A DNA stretch of 64,000 nt from Macrostomum lignano (taxonomy: Eukaryota). The notes under the pieces are model-generated. The model was not told the origin of the DNA. It made no database searches and was given only the letters and a program-made list of their open reading frames with translations. The stretch lies in the NCBI GenBank assembly GCA_002269645.1, contig NIVC01001748.1, positions 62,001 to 126,000 on the forward strand, read 5' to 3'. Made by a program: the position numbers and the translations under genes. The stretch's first letter is position 1, and each line of letters starts with the position of its first letter. Positions 12,766-29,273 of the stretch are shown in pieces.

Positions 12766-13330
12766 ATGATCAAGACAATTGATCATACAAATGATCATAC
12801 AAATGGTCATACAAATGGTCATTCCAGTTATCATACAAATGATCATACAAATGATCATACAAATGATCATAAAAATGATCATACAAATGATCATACAAAT
12901 GATCATACAAATGATCATACAAGTGATCATACAGACGATCATACAAATGATCATACAAATGATCATACAAGTGATCATACAAATGATCATACAAATGATC
13001 ATACAGATGATCATACAAATAATCATACAAATGATCATACAAGTGATCATACAGATGATCATACAAATGATCATACAAATAATCATACAAATAATCATAC
13101 AAGTGATCATACAAATGATCATACAAATAATCATACAAATGATCATACAAATAATCATACAAATGATCATACAAGTGATCATACAAATGATCATACAAGT
13201 GATCATACAAATGATCATACAAGTGATCATACAAATGATCATACAAATGATCATACAAATGATCATACAAATAATCATACAAGTGATTACAATGAACTTA
13301 CAAATGATCATACAAATGATGAAAAATATG
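12766..13330. repeat. 12-bp minisatellite (GATCATACAAAT)n
   Basis: Direct reading, about 46 copies. Confidence 0.95.
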
Positions 13331-13769
13331 ATCATCAAAAATAATAGGAAAAATAATAAAAAAGGTGCGAACAGCACTAGAATGAAAGCCTCAGACATCT
13401 GATCCAAGCCATTCTAAACACTGCTTGCGTCATCACCAATCGAGCAGACTCTGAGCTGAGATAATTATCCTTTCTCCCCTTATCCACCAGAGTTACGTTT
13501 CTCCTCACTATTCAGGCAGTTTTCAGCATTCGGAGAAATGAAAAATCCCATGTTTAAACCCCCCAGATTCTGTTTCGGGGCTCAGCTGGTTGCGCGGCTT
13601 GTTGCGCAATCAAAATCGGTTTCTCAACCGATGCCTGCATTCTCAGCCAGGCTGAGGGCGGGGCCGGAAGCACTTACTCATCTGAAGGCAGCTGTCTATT
13701 TCGTTTAGCCTTCAACTAGCGGTTTCTCTGAAGAATAAGTCCTCAGAGTTCCTCATAGAAACCCAAATC

Positions 13770-15828
13770 TTTCAGGGAGTCAAAACCTTTAGGGAGTCAA
13801 GACCTTCAGGGAGTCAAGACCTTCAGATAGTCAAGACCTTCAGGGAGTCAAGACCTTCAGGGAGTCAAGTCCTTCAGATAGTCAAGACCTTCAGGGAGTC
13901 AAGACCTTCAGGGAGTCAAGACCTTCAGGGAGTCAAGTCCTTCAGATAGTCAAGACCTTCAGGGAGTCAAGACCTTCAGGGAGTCAAGACCTTCAGGGAG
14001 TCAAGTCCTTCAGATAGTCAAGACCTTCAGGGAGTCAAGTGCTTCAGATAGTCAAGACCTTCAGGGAGTCAAGTCCTTCAGGGAGTCAAGACCTTCAGGG
14101 AGTCAAGACCTTCAGAGAGTCAAGACCTTCAGGGAGTCAAGACCTTCAGGGAGTCAAGACCTTCAGACAGTCAAGACCTTCAGACAGTCAAGACCTTCAG
14201 AGAGTCAAGATCTTCAGGGAGTCAAGACCTTCAGGGAGTCAAGACCTTCAGGGAGTCAAGTGCTTTAGATAGTCAAGACCTTCAGGGAGTCAAGTCCTTC
14301 AGGGAGTCAAGTCCTTCAGGGAGTCAAGACCTTCAGATAGTCAAGACCTTCAGGGAGTCAAGACCTTCAGACAGTCAAGACCTTCAGGGAGTCAAGTCCT
14401 TCAGATAGTCAAGACCTTCAGGGAGTCAAGACCTTCAGACAGTCAAGACCTTCAGAGAGTCAAGACCTTCAGGGAGTCAAGACCTTCAGACAGTCAAGAC
14501 CTTCAGACAGTCAAGACCTTCAGACAGTCAAGACCTTCAGAGAGTCAAGACCTTCAGGGAGTCAAGACCTTCAGACAGTCAAGACCTTCAGAGAGTCAAG
14601 ACCTTCAGGGAGTCAAGACCTTCAGGGAGTCAAGACCTTCAGGGAGTCAAGTCCTTCAGGGAGTCAAGACCTTCAGGGAGTCAAGACCTTCAGATAGTCA
14701 AGACCTTCAGACAGTCAAGACCTTCAGACAGTCAAGACCTTCAGAGAGTCAAGACCTTCAGGGAGTCAAGACCTTCAGGGAGTCAAGTGCTTTAGATAGT
14801 CAAGACCTTCAGGGAGTCAAGTCCTTCAGGGAGTCAAGTCCTTCAGGGAGTCAAGACCTTCAGATAGTCAAGACCTTCAGGGAGTCAAGACCTTCAGACA
14901 GTCAAGACCTTCAGGGAGTCAAGTCCTTCAGATAGTCAAGACCTTCAGGGAGTCAAGACCTTCAGACAGTCAAGACCTTCAGAGAGTCAAGACCTTCAGG
15001 GAGTCAAGACCTTCAGACAGTCAAGACCTTCAGACAGTCAAGACCTTCAGACAGTCAAGACCTTCAGAGAGTCAAGACCTTCAGGGAGTCAAGACCTTCA
15101 GACAGTCAAGACCTTCAGAGAGTCAAGACCTTCAGGGAGTCAAGACCTTCAGGGAGTCAAGACCTTCAGGGAGTCAAGTCCTTCAGGGAGTCAAGACCTT
15201 CAGGGAGTCAAGACCTTCAGATAGTCAAGACCTTCAGACAGTCAAGACCTTCAGACAGTCAAGACCTTCAGAGAGTCAAGACCTTCAGGGAGTCAAGACC
15301 TTCAGGGAGTCAAGACCTTCAGGGAGTCAAGACCTTCAGACAGTCAAGACCTTCAGAGAGTCAAGATCTTCAGGGAGTCAAGACCTTCAGGGAGTCAAGA
15401 CCTTCAGGGAGTCAAGTGCTTTAGATAGTCAAGACCTTCAGGGAGTCAAGTCCTTCAGGGAGTCAAGTCCTTCAGGGAGTCAAGACCTTCAGATAGTCAA
15501 GACCTTCAGGGAGTCAAGACCTTCAGACAGTCAAGACCTTCAGACAGTCAAGACCTTCAGAGAGTCAAGATCTTCAGGGAGTCAAGACCTTCAGGGAGTC
15601 AAGACCTTCAGGGAGTCAAGTGCTTTAGATAGTCAAGACCTTCAGATAGTCAAGACCTTCAGGGAGTCAAGACCTTCAGGGAGTCAAGACCTTCAGGGAA
15701 TCAAGACCTTCAGGGAGTCAAGACCTTCAGAGAGTCAAGACCTTCAGGGAGTCAAGACCTTCAGGGAGTCAAGACCTTCAGGGAGTCAAGACCTTCAGGG
15801 AGTCAAGACCTTCAGTTAGTCAAGTCCT
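13770..15828. repeat. 17-bp minisatellite (GTCAAGACCTTCAGGGA)n, about 120 copies
   Basis: Direct reading; terminal variants GGA/ACA/AGA/ATA. Confidence 0.95.
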
Positions 15829-16421
15829 GAAGCTGGGGTCTGGCTTCAAGAATAGCATCCTGGAAAGCTGTCAAGTTTTCCTAACCATTGCAGTGTGACA
15901 ACTTTATGGTTTCATAATGATCGAATTTCTACATTTAATTTCGCTTTACCTAACCTTCCCCAAGCAGCCCAGCAACAAAAAGCGAACTTGACACACATCC
16001 GGACTCCGAGTGGAGTCTCCTGTATCGAGCTCCAGCCACTGCCTGAACTGGTGTGTGACACGAGAGGAATACCTGGGAAGCCTGCGATGACACCTGGGGG
16101 CAAAGTATAGAGTCAGAGAACGCAGACAGTTTTTCAGTGTCAAAACATTATTATGAAATATTAAATATGGGTTCCGAGTCTGAAGCCGGGAGCTGTAAAT
16201 CTGTATGATTCCTGATTTTTTTATGATCAACCCTAGCAACAACTTCTGCAACACGATATCTTAACGCAGATTTTATAGCCTTTTGATGTATCCGTTTTGG
16301 TCTGTTAGGTTTTTTTGTTTTATTTCGCTAAGATTTGGTTTCATTATGATTCTGAATTCTGGGATTCTGAAATTGTCAGCCAAATTCTGAAATTGTCAAA
16401 AAATTTCCGAAATATATAAAA

Positions 16422-19400
16422 GATTCTGAGAGCTTCTGAATGATTCTGAAAGATTCTGGAGAACTCTGAAAGATTCTGGATGATTCTGGATGATTCTAGA
16501 TGATTCTGAAAGATTCTGGATGATTCTGAAAGATTCTGGATGATTCTGAAAGATTCTGGATGATTCTGAAAGATTCTGGATGATTCTGAAAGATTCTGAA
16601 AGATTCTGGATGATTCTGGATGATTCTGAAAGATTCTGGATGATTCTGAAAGATTATGGATGATTCTGAAAGATTCTGGATGATTCTGAAAGATTATGGA
16701 TGATTCTGAAAGATTCTGGATGATTCTGGATGATTCTGAAAGATTCTGGATGATTCTGAAAGATTCTGGATGATTCTGAAAGATTCTGGATGATTCTGGA
16801 TGATTCTGAAAGATTCTGGATGATTCTGAAAGATTCTGAAAGATTATGGATAATTCTGAAAGATTCTGGATGATTCTGAAAGATTCTGGATGATTCTAAA
16901 AGATTCTGAAAGATTATGGATGATTCTGAAAGATTCTGGATGATTCTGAAAGATTCTGGATGATTCTGGATGATTCTAAAAGATTCTGAATGATTCTGGA
17001 TGATTCTGAAAGACTCTGGATGATTCTGAAAGATTCTGGATGATTCTGAAAGATTATGGATGATTCTGAAAGATTCTGGATGATTCTGGATGATTCTGGA
17101 TGATTCTGAAAGATTCTGGATGATTCTAAAAGATTCTGAAAGATTCTGAAAGATTCTGGATGATTCTGAAAGATTCTGGATGATTCTGAAAGATTCTGGA
17201 TGATTCTGAAAGATTCTGGATGATTCTGGATGATTCTGGATGATTCTGGATGATTCTGAAAGATTCTGGATGATTCTGAAAGATTCTGGATGATTCTGAA
17301 AGATTCTGAAAGATTCTGGATGATTCTGAAAGATTCTGGATGATTCTGAAAGATTCTGGATGATTCTGGATGATTCTGAATGATTCTGAAAGATTCTGAA
17401 TGATTCTGGATGATTCTGGATGATTCCGAAAGATTCTGGATGATTCTGAAAGATTCTGAAAGATTATGGATGATTCTGAAAGATTCTGAATGATTCTGAA
17501 AGATTCTGGATGATTCTGAAAGATTCTGGATGATTCTGAAAGATTCTGGATGATTCTGAAAGATTCTGAAAGATTCTGGATGATTCTGAAAGATTCTGGA
17601 TGATTCTGAAAGATTCTGGATGATTCTGAAAGATTCTGAAAGATTATGGATGATTCTGAAAGATTCTGAATGATTCTGAAAGATTCTGGATGATTCTGAA
17701 AGATTCTGGATGATTCTGAAAGATTCTGGATGATTCTAAAAGATTCTGAATGATTCTGGATGATTCTGAAAGACTCTGGATGATTCTGAAAGATTCTGGA
17801 TGATTCTGAAAGATTCTGGATGATTCTGAAAGATTCTGGATGATTCTGAAAGATTCTGGATGATTCTGAAAGATTCTGGATGATTCTGAAAGATTCTGGA
17901 TGATTCTGAAAGATTCTGGATGATTCTGAAAGATTCTGGATGATTCTGAAAGATTCTGGATGATTCTGAAAGATTCTGGATGATTCTGAAAGATTCTGAA
18001 TGATTCTGAAAGATTCTGAATGATTCTGGATGATTCTGAAAGAATCTGGATGATTCTGAAAGACTCTGGATGATTCTGGATGATTCTGAAAGATTCTGGA
18101 TGATTCTGGATGATTCTGAAAGATTCTGAAAGATTCTAGATGATTCTGAAAGATTCTGGATGATTCTGAAAGATTCTGAAAGATTCTGGATGATTCTGAA
18201 AGATTCTGGATGATTCTGAAAGATTCTGGATGATTCTGAAAGATTCTGGATGATTCTGAAAGATTCTGGATGATTCTGGATGATTCTGAAAGATTCTGGA
18301 TGATTCTGAAAGATTCTGGATGATTCTGAAAGATTCTGGATGATTCTGAAAGATTCTGGATGATTCTGGATTATTCTGGATGATTCTGGATGATTCTGAA
18401 AGATTCTGGATGATTCTGAAAGATTCAGGATGATTCTGGATGATTCTGGATGATTCTGGATGATTCTGAAAGATTCTGGATGATTCTGAAAGATTCTGGA
18501 TGATTCTGAAAGATTCTGGAAGATTCTGGATGATTCTGGATGATTCTGGATGATTCTGGATGATTCTGGATGATTCTGGATGATTCTGAAAGATTCTGGA
18601 TGATTCTGAAAGATTCTGGATGATTCTGAAAGATTCTGAAAGATTCTGGATGATTCTGAAAGATTCTGGATGATTCTGAAAGATTCTGGATGATTCTGGA
18701 TGATTCTGAAAGATTCTGGATGATTCTGGATGATTCTGGATGATTCTGGATGATTCTGGATGATTCTGAAAGATTCTGGATGATTCTGGATGATTCTGGA
18801 TGATTCTGGATGATTCTGGATGATTCTGAAAGATTCTGGATGATTCTGAAAGATTCTGGATGATTCTGAAAGATTCTGAAAGATTCTGGATGATTCTGAA
18901 AGATTCTGGATGATTCTGAAAGATTCTGGATGATTCTGAAAGATTCTGGATGATTCTGAAAGATTCTGGATGATTCTGGATGATTCTGAAAGATTCTGGA
19001 TGATTCTGAAAGATTCTGAAAGATTATGGATAATTCTGAAAGATTCTGGATGATTCTGAAAGATTCTGGATGATTCTAAAAGATTCTGAAAGATTATGGA
19101 TGATTCTGAAAGATTCTGGATGATTCTGAAAGATTCTGGATGATTCTGGATGATTCTAAAAGATTCTGAATGATTCTGGATGATTCTGAAAGACTCTGGA
19201 TGATTCTGAAAGATTCTGGATGATTCTGAAAGATTATGGATGATTCTGAAAGATTCTGGATGATTCTGGATGATTCTGGATGATTCTGAAAGATTCTGGA
19301 TGATTCTGAAAGATTCTGAAAGATTCTGAAAGATTCTGGATGATTCTGAAAGATTCTGGATGATTCTGAAAGATTCTGGATGATTCTGAAAGATTCTGGA

Positions 19401-21970
19401 TGATTCTGGATGATTCTGGATGATTCTGGATGATTCTGAAAGATTCTGGATGATTCTGAAAGATTCTGGATGATTCTGAAAGATTCTGAAAGATTCTGGA
19501 TGATTCTGAAAGATTCTGGATGATTCTGAAAGATTCTGGATGATTCTGGATGATTCTGAATGATTCTGAAAGATTCTGAATGATTCTGGATGATTCTGGA
19601 TGATTCCGAAAGATTCTGGATGATTCTGAAAGATTCTGAAAGATTATGGATGATTCTGAAAGATTCTGAATGATTCTGAAAGATTCTGGATGATTCTGAA
19701 AGATTCTGGATGATTCTGAAAGATTCTGGATGATTCTGAAAGATTCTGAAAGATTCTGGATGATTCTGAAAGATTCTGGATGATTCTGAAAGATTCTGGA
19801 TGATTCTGAAAGATTCTGAAAGATTATGGATGATTCTGAAAGATTCTGAATGATTCTGAAAGATTCTGGATGATTCTGAAAGATTCTGGATGATTCTGAA
19901 AGATTCTGGATGATTCTAAAAGATTCTGAATGATTCTGGATGATTCTGAAAGACTCTGGATGATTCTGAAAGATTCTGGATGATTCTGAAAGATTCTGGA
20001 TGATTCTGAAAGATTCTGGATGATTCTGAAAGATTCTGGATGATTCTGAAAGATTCTGGATGATTCTGAAAGATTCTGGATGATTCTGAAAGATTCTGGA
20101 TGATTCTGAAAGATTCTGGATGATTCTGAAAGATTCTGGATGATTCTGAAAGATTCTGGATGATTCTGAAAGATTCTGAATGATTCTGAAAGATTCTGAA
20201 TGATTCTGGATGATTCTGAAAGAATCTGGATGATTCTGAAAGACTCTGGATGATTCTGGATGATTCTGAAAGATTCTGGATGATTCTGGATGATTCTGAA
20301 AGATTCTGAAAGATTCTAGATGATTCTGAAAGATTCTGGATGATTCTGAAAGATTCTGAAAGATTCTGGATGATTCTGAAAGATTCTGGATGATTCTGAA
20401 AGATTCTGGATGATTCTGAAAGATTCTGGATGATTCTGAAAGATTCTGGATGATTCTGGATGATTCTGAAAGATTCTGGATGATTCTGAAAGATTCTGGA
20501 TGATTCTGAAAGATTCTGGATGATTCTGAAAGATTCTGGATGATTCTGGATTATTCTGGATGATTCTGGATGATTCTGAAAGATTCTGGATGATTCTGAA
20601 AGATTCAGGATGATTCTGGATGATTCTGGATGATTCTGGATGATTCTGAAAGATTCTGGATGATTCTGAAAGATTCTGGATGATTCTGAAAGATTCTGGA
20701 AGATTCTGGATGATTCTGGATGATTCTGGATGATTCTGGATGATTCTGAAAGATTCTGGATGATTCTGAAAGATTCTGGATGATTCTGAAAGATTCTGAA
20801 AGATTCTGGATGATTCTGAAAGATTCTGGATGATTCTGAAAGATTCTGGATGATTCTGGATGATTCTGAAAGATTCTGGATGATTCTGAAAGATTCTGGA
20901 TGATTCTGGATGATTCTGGATGATTCTGAAAGATTCTGGATGATTCTGAAAGATTCTGGATGATTCTGGATGATTCTGGATGATTCTGGATGATTCTGGA
21001 TGATTCTGAAAGATTCTGGATGATTCTGAAAGATTCTGGATGATTCTGAAAGATTCTGAAAGATTCTGGATGATTCTGAAAGATTCTGGATGATTCTGGA
21101 TGATTCTGAAAGATTCTGGATGATTCTGAAAGATTCTGGATGATTCTGAAAGATTCTGGATGATTCTGGATGATTCTGGATGATTCTGGATGATTCTGAA
21201 AGATTCTGGATGATTCTGAAAGATTCTGGATGATTCTGAAAGATTCTGGATGATTCTGGATGATTCTGAAAGATTCTGGATGATTCTGAAAGATTCTGGA
21301 TGATTCTGAAAGATTCTGGATGATTCTGGATGATTCTGAAAGATTCTGGATGATTCTGGATGATTCTGGATGATTCTGGATGATTCTGAAAGATTCTGAA
21401 TGATTCTGAAAGATTCTGGATGATTCTGAAAGATTCTGGATGATTCTGGATGATTCTGGATGATTCTGGATGATTCTGAAAGATTCTGGATGATTCTGGA
21501 TGATTCTGGATGATTCTGGATGATTCTGAAAGATTCTGGATGATTCTGAAAGATTCTGGATGATTCTGAAAGATTCTGAAAGATTCTGGATGATTCTGAA
21601 AGATTCTAGATGATTCTGAAAGATTCTGGATGATTCTGAAAGATTCTGGATGATTCTGGATGATTCTGGATGATTCTGGATGATTCTGGATGATTCTGAA
21701 AGATTCTGAATGATTCTGAAAGATTCTGGATGATTCTGAAAGATTCTGGATGATTCTGGATGATTCTGGATTATTCTGGATGATTCTGAAAGATTCTGGA
21801 TGATTCTGGATGATTCTGGATGATTCTGGATGATTCTGAAAGATTCTGGATGATTCTGAAAGATTCTGGATGATTCTGAAAGATTCTGAAAGATTCTGGA
21901 TGATTCTGAAAGATTCTAGATGATTCTGAAAGATTCTGGATGAATCTGAAAGGTTCTGGATGATTCTGAA
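16422..21970. repeat. 10-bp two-variant satellite (GATTCTGAAA / GATTCTGGAT)n, about 555 monomers
   Basis: Direct reading; 10-bp register kept throughout. Confidence 0.97.
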
Positions 21971-22206
21971 ATATTTTGACGGATTAGGACTACTGACTCA
22001 GCAGCTGCAGTATCTAAGAAAGTGTACTATCAACTTGAGAGAGTTTTTATTAAATTTTTGAATACCAGTACTTAATAAATGTCATCGGACAATACAATTA
22101 GACAAATTAAATTATCCAGAATGAATAACCAAAAAAGTATAGTCTGCATTTTAGTCGCAATAGTTCCCATTCTACTAGTAATCGTTACTCTCTTCTCCTC
22201 GCATTC

Positions 22207-22260
22207 CTATTGGCTAGAATCTCAGCCAATGAGAATAGGCCTAAGATCCAAAATGGCGGC
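22207..22260. promoter_or_regulatory. Candidate promoter motif cluster: inverted CCAAT pair plus YY1-type site
   Basis: ATTGGCT (22209-22215), AGCCAAT (22224-22230), CAAAATGGCGGC (22249-22260). Motif match only. Confidence 0.3.
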
Positions 22261-22785
22261 CCTGTTGGGGTTGGGGTGGGTGAATCCTGGGCAAGGGGAG
22301 GGCGGCAGTGTCAGAGAGGGGTTGGACTGACCAGCCTTTTTACGATAAAGCTCAAGTCAGCAGACCAGTACAGCGGGCCCAGAACCGGCAAAGACATTAA
22401 CAACAATCTGCTTGAGAATATTAAAGAATAAAAAACTTTGAAACGAACGAATTTCAACCTGCACAAACCAGATAGACAAACTTATCTTTATTAGGTTCCT
22501 CCTGTGTTCTTGCCGCTCGGCTTAGGGTTTATTAAACTCAGAACAAATTATTATTAGTGAATGGTTGCAATATTTACAGCTGGACAATACTTTTAAGACA
22601 ATAGATTTAATCTGACGAGGCGAAATCGTTTATTGATATGCGGCTACAAGCTGGAACTACGAGCTGGTTGCAGATTTTAATTCAATAAGTGAGTAACTAA
22701 GTGACACGTGTGTTTGGCTTGGCTTGTTTTGGTAGATATTTTATGGGAATACGACCGTATTGACACTTGAAGCACACTAGGGTAT

Positions 22786-23329
<544 letters not shown>

Positions 23330-23703
23330 CGTGAGATCCTAGTGGGGCAGCTCATGCTATTACTTATCAAGGCCTCAGTAACTCCCAGTAGCGCCCAGCA
23401 TGAGCTTCCATAATTGATAATTAAGTTGAGCGGGCTGGTTGAGAACGCGACTGACACACAGTACCGCTTGTACACGAAGGCTTCCCTTTTTAATACGCGC
23501 GCATGCACGAAACCCACGGCGACCATGTGGTTACAGAATACGGATTTCCTCAACTCATTCAATATTTAAGCACGGCAAACATCTGCAAACTCAGGGCAAA
23601 TCTCTCCCGAAAAGGAGGCGAGTGGCTTGAGGGGATAACTAACTCCCCTGCTAAAATCGTTGAACCTTCAGTAAGACAAAATGCCGGCTTGCGTATTAGG
23701 ACG

Positions 23704-23759
23704 GCACTCTGATGAGCACTCTGATGAGCACTCTGATGAGCACTCTGATGAGCACTCTG
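23704..23759. repeat. 12-bp repeat (GCACTCTGATGA)x4-5
   Basis: Direct reading. Confidence 0.9.
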
Positions 23760-24014
23760 CGATGGCTGACAGGCAAGTAATGTAGCCGCTGGCTGATTCC
23801 AATTCTGTTTGCTGAGAATCGTCTCAGGCTGTTCACTCATTGTATCTTGGGCTAGAAACTGCTCACTGCGGTAGTCTCTCTTGTTTGGCTTCGCTCAGCT
23901 CTTACTCACGGCTTCAGTAGGTAATAACCTACAATTTAATCTATTAGCAGCTATTCAAAGGTTTCCTACCATGCCAACCAGCTTAGGTGTGCTAATTATA
24001 TTCTGTGTTCTATG

Positions 24015-25740
<1,726 letters not shown>

Positions 25741-26611
25741 CTCCCCACTCCCACACTGAGTGCCACTCGCTGTCCAGCTCGCTACAGAAGAGCCACAACG
25801 GCAGTAGTTAATTCCAGTGTCTTAAGAGCCGTTGTGTTGCGAGCCAACCTCTCTTCCTTGTTTGAGCTCACTGAGTCCAGGGCTATCAGCCCACCTTACT
25901 CACACTTACTTAACTTGTTCCTTTTGACTCTCCCGAAGCCATTGTTGATCCATAGCTCCGGGGCAGCCAAGTGGCTGAATGGTGTATGCAACCCCCACCC
26001 CAACACACTGATAATCCATTCTCCATAATGATATCCAAACTACCAATTGTTTGGCATTGTATCTGTATCGAAAATACGGTATTATATGCGAAATGCCAGA
26101 GAGCCACATTTAGTTTCTAAGACTTACTGCACACAACATACATTATAAAGCTACACACAGAACCCCATTGCAAGCAAGCTAAGTGAGTCTCCAATTCAAA
26201 TTCAACTCAACCATGGACTACTAAGCGACTCTCTCTAATTAGTGTCTGGATTTGATTAAAAAAATCCCTAACAGAAATGAGTCAAGCAAGTTGTTCTATC
26301 CAACTAGCATTGGTACTCCATGACTTCACCCTACCGTCTCATAACTTTACTAACCTGACTGACCTACCAGCAGAAATTCTTTAGCAAACTTCCCATATCG
26401 TGGGGATATGAGGGTGAGATCTGGGGGGGGGGCGTTAGAGGGAGAGGGGAGAGGGGAGAAGGCACGAAATAAAAAGAACTTAGAGAAGTTTTGGTCAGTC
26501 AGTTATTACTTATTTGTTGAGTACAGTCAGAAAAGCACAGAATGTTTCTTTTGCAAGATACCATGAGAGACAGACTGACCTAGAGGGAGAAAACCTAAAT
26601 CCTAGAGGAGA

Positions 26612-26960
26612 TAGAGATACGAAGATGAGAGAGCAGAGGATAGAGATGCGATAGTAGAGGATAGAGATGCGAGAGTAAAGGATAGAGATGCGAGAGCAGA
26701 GGATAGAGATGCGAGAGTAGAGGATAGAGATGCGAGAGCAGAGGATAGAGATGCGATAGTAGAGGATAGAGATGCGAGAGCAGAGGATAGAGATGCGATA
26801 GTAGAGGATAGAGATGCGAGAGCAGAGGATAGAGATGCGAGAGCAGAGGATAGAGATGCGAGAGTAGAGGATAGAGATGCGAGAGTAGAGGATAGAGATG
26901 CGAGAGTAGAGGATATAGATGCGATAGTAGAGGATAGAGATGCGAGAGCAGAGGCAGACA
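26612..26960. repeat. 21-bp minisatellite (GAGGATAGAGATGCGAGAGYA)n
   Basis: Direct reading; 7-aa periodic ORFs. Confidence 0.9.
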
Positions 26961-27827
26961 TGCAAGAGTAGAGGGTAGAGTAGAGGAAGAGAATAGAAAC
27001 GAGAGGAGAGTATACAAATGTTAGATTAGAGAATAGAGATAGCAGAAGAGAGAGATTTGAGAGGAAATTTGGGGCTAAGAGATTGCAAACCCTATTTGAA
27101 GGCAATTCAAGGCGCTAAAACAAATGCAATCTAAAAAATTGAAATCTCCAGACCCCAGTATGTTCAAAGGTTCTGGTACTCATATAGTGTCCGCGCACCC
27201 TCCAGGTCAGGGTCTTTACAAATAAGAACTGAGAACCCGCCTTTGCAACTGCAAGGTTGCAGAAGAATTCTTGATTTTTTTACAAGCTGTAGCATGCACC
27301 ACTACTCTGCATGCATATCAGTATATGCATGGTGTCTCAGTGCTCTGGAGTTACTGGTATCAGAGTGCGTGTTATATTATAGGCCTGCAATAAATTCCAG
27401 TGCAACAAAAAAGTAAATAAAACTTTTTTTCTTATCGGAGTCGGAACATGATTGTGCTTTTTTGCTTCTTTTAGAAGCAGTTATCTTCTCACTTGCCAGA
27501 CTGTCCCAGTCCAGACTCCAGATGCTAGCAACAGCGATCTTGGTCACCGCATATATAACAAATTTAGTCCGCGAAGTCAAGCCCTAAGAATGGCATAAAC
27601 AGTAGTGTTAAGCGCAATCTTAGTCATAGGAATGGCATCTATTCCATGCTTGGTTAAAACGAATGGCTTTAGGAGTAAAGGATTAGAAACCTTTTATTGT
27701 AGTTCATTATTGGAGTTTCCCTCCGGCTTTATTTGGAATGCTATTTTTTGAAAAGAAAGAGCTATTTCTTTTAGTGTGGCTATTATCCCTCATTCTTGAT
27801 GAAAATTACAAGTGCTATTGTGGCGCT

Positions 27828-28642
27828 AATTCCAGTGCTATTAGGGTGATAACTACAGTGCTATTAGGGTGCTAACTACAGTGCTATTAGGGTGCTAATT
27901 ACAGTGCTATTAGGGTGCTAACTACAGTGCTATTAGGGTGCTAACTACAGTGCTATTAGGGTGCTAACTACAGTGCTATTGTGGCGCTAATTCCAGTGCT
28001 ATTAGGGGTGCTAATTCCAGTGCTATTAGGGGTGCTAATTCCAGTGCTATTAGGGTGCTAACTACAGTGCTATTAGGGTGCTAATTCCAGTGCTATTAGG
28101 GTGCTAACTACAGTGCTATTAGGGTGCTAATTCCAGTGCTATTAGGGTGCTAACTACAGTGCTATTAGGGTGCTAATTCCAGTGCTATTAGGGGTGCTAA
28201 CTACAGTGCTATTAGGGTGCTAATTCCAGTGCTATTAGGGTGCTAACTACAGTGCTATTAGGGTGCTAATTCCAGTGCTATTAGGGGTGCTAACTACAGT
28301 GCTATTAGGGTGCTAATTCCAGTGCTATTAGGGTGCTAACTACAGTGCTATTGTGGCGCTAATTCCAGTGCTATTAGGGGTGCTAATTCCAGTGCTATTA
28401 GGGTGCTAACTACAGTGCTATTAGGGTGCTAACTACAGTGTTATTAGGGTGCTAACTACAGTGCTATTGTGGCGCTAATTCCAGTGCTATTAGGGGTGCT
28501 AATTCCAGTGCTATTAGGGGTGCTAATTCCAGTGCTATTAGGGTGCTAACTACAGTGCTATTAGGGTGCTAATTCCAGTGCTATTAGGGTGTTAATTCCA
28601 GTGTTATTAGGGTGCTAATTCCAGTGCTATTAGGGGCGCTAA
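27828..28642. repeat. 23/24-bp minisatellite (GCTAAYTMCAGTGCTATTAGGGT)n, about 35 copies
   Basis: Direct reading. Most units contain TTAGGG. Confidence 0.93.
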
Positions 28643-28892
28643 TTCCAGTGCTATTAGGGTGCTATTTTTTGTTTAATATACCACCACCTCACTCAGGATT
28701 CTATGAGGCACATAAGTTGTCATATCAATTTCTCACCCCCACAGGCACCAGAAGACACTTCGCCTTTGATTCAGCCCTGTTTGCACATTTTCCCTCGCCG
28801 ACACGGCAAAAGGTGAGTTTAATTAAAATGTATGTTGCTTTCTAGATAATGAAATTTGTAATACTACTAGTCGCTAAGTTGTTGCGCTCTCT

Positions 28893-29273
28893 TGATGACG
28901 TCATCACTAATTAATAAGGTTAATTAAAGTTGAAATAAAAATTAGTAATGCTACTATATAATAGGCTATCAGTGGAGACTCGAGTACATTGAGTCAAGAA
29001 TATTTTTTGCAAATCCTGTCCAACTCTCCTATCAGGTTCTATTAGCTTCAAGAACTGACGGGGGGATTCAACTGCCCTTGGCTACTCATCAAGGGAGAAT
29101 TTCAACAGTGCTTTACCCTCAGTAGAAGAATGCTTCTTTACGGTTGACTGGAGAGTGAAAGGGGCGAAAACAGGGGGGAGATGAAAGACGCCAAATATAG
29201 CTAGCCACTGGGATAATTATATCCGAGGGAGGCTGGAGTCCCACCTACCCAATGATGACGTAACCGTGGGCGG
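28893..29273. promoter_or_regulatory. Candidate promoter/enhancer: CRE palindrome, CCAAT, ATF-like site, GC box
   Basis: TGATGACGTCATCA 28893-28906; CCAAT 29249; TGACGTAA 29256; GTGGGCGG 29266. Motif match only. Confidence 0.3.

Noticed and set aside
12724-13407. Cys/Met/Ile-rich and (HTND)n ORFs
   Set aside because: Translations of the 12-bp repeat; open in four frames.
22079-22330. 83-aa ORF with a hydrophobic stretch
   Set aside because: No recognisable family or splice context; AT-rich sequence readily yields such stretches.
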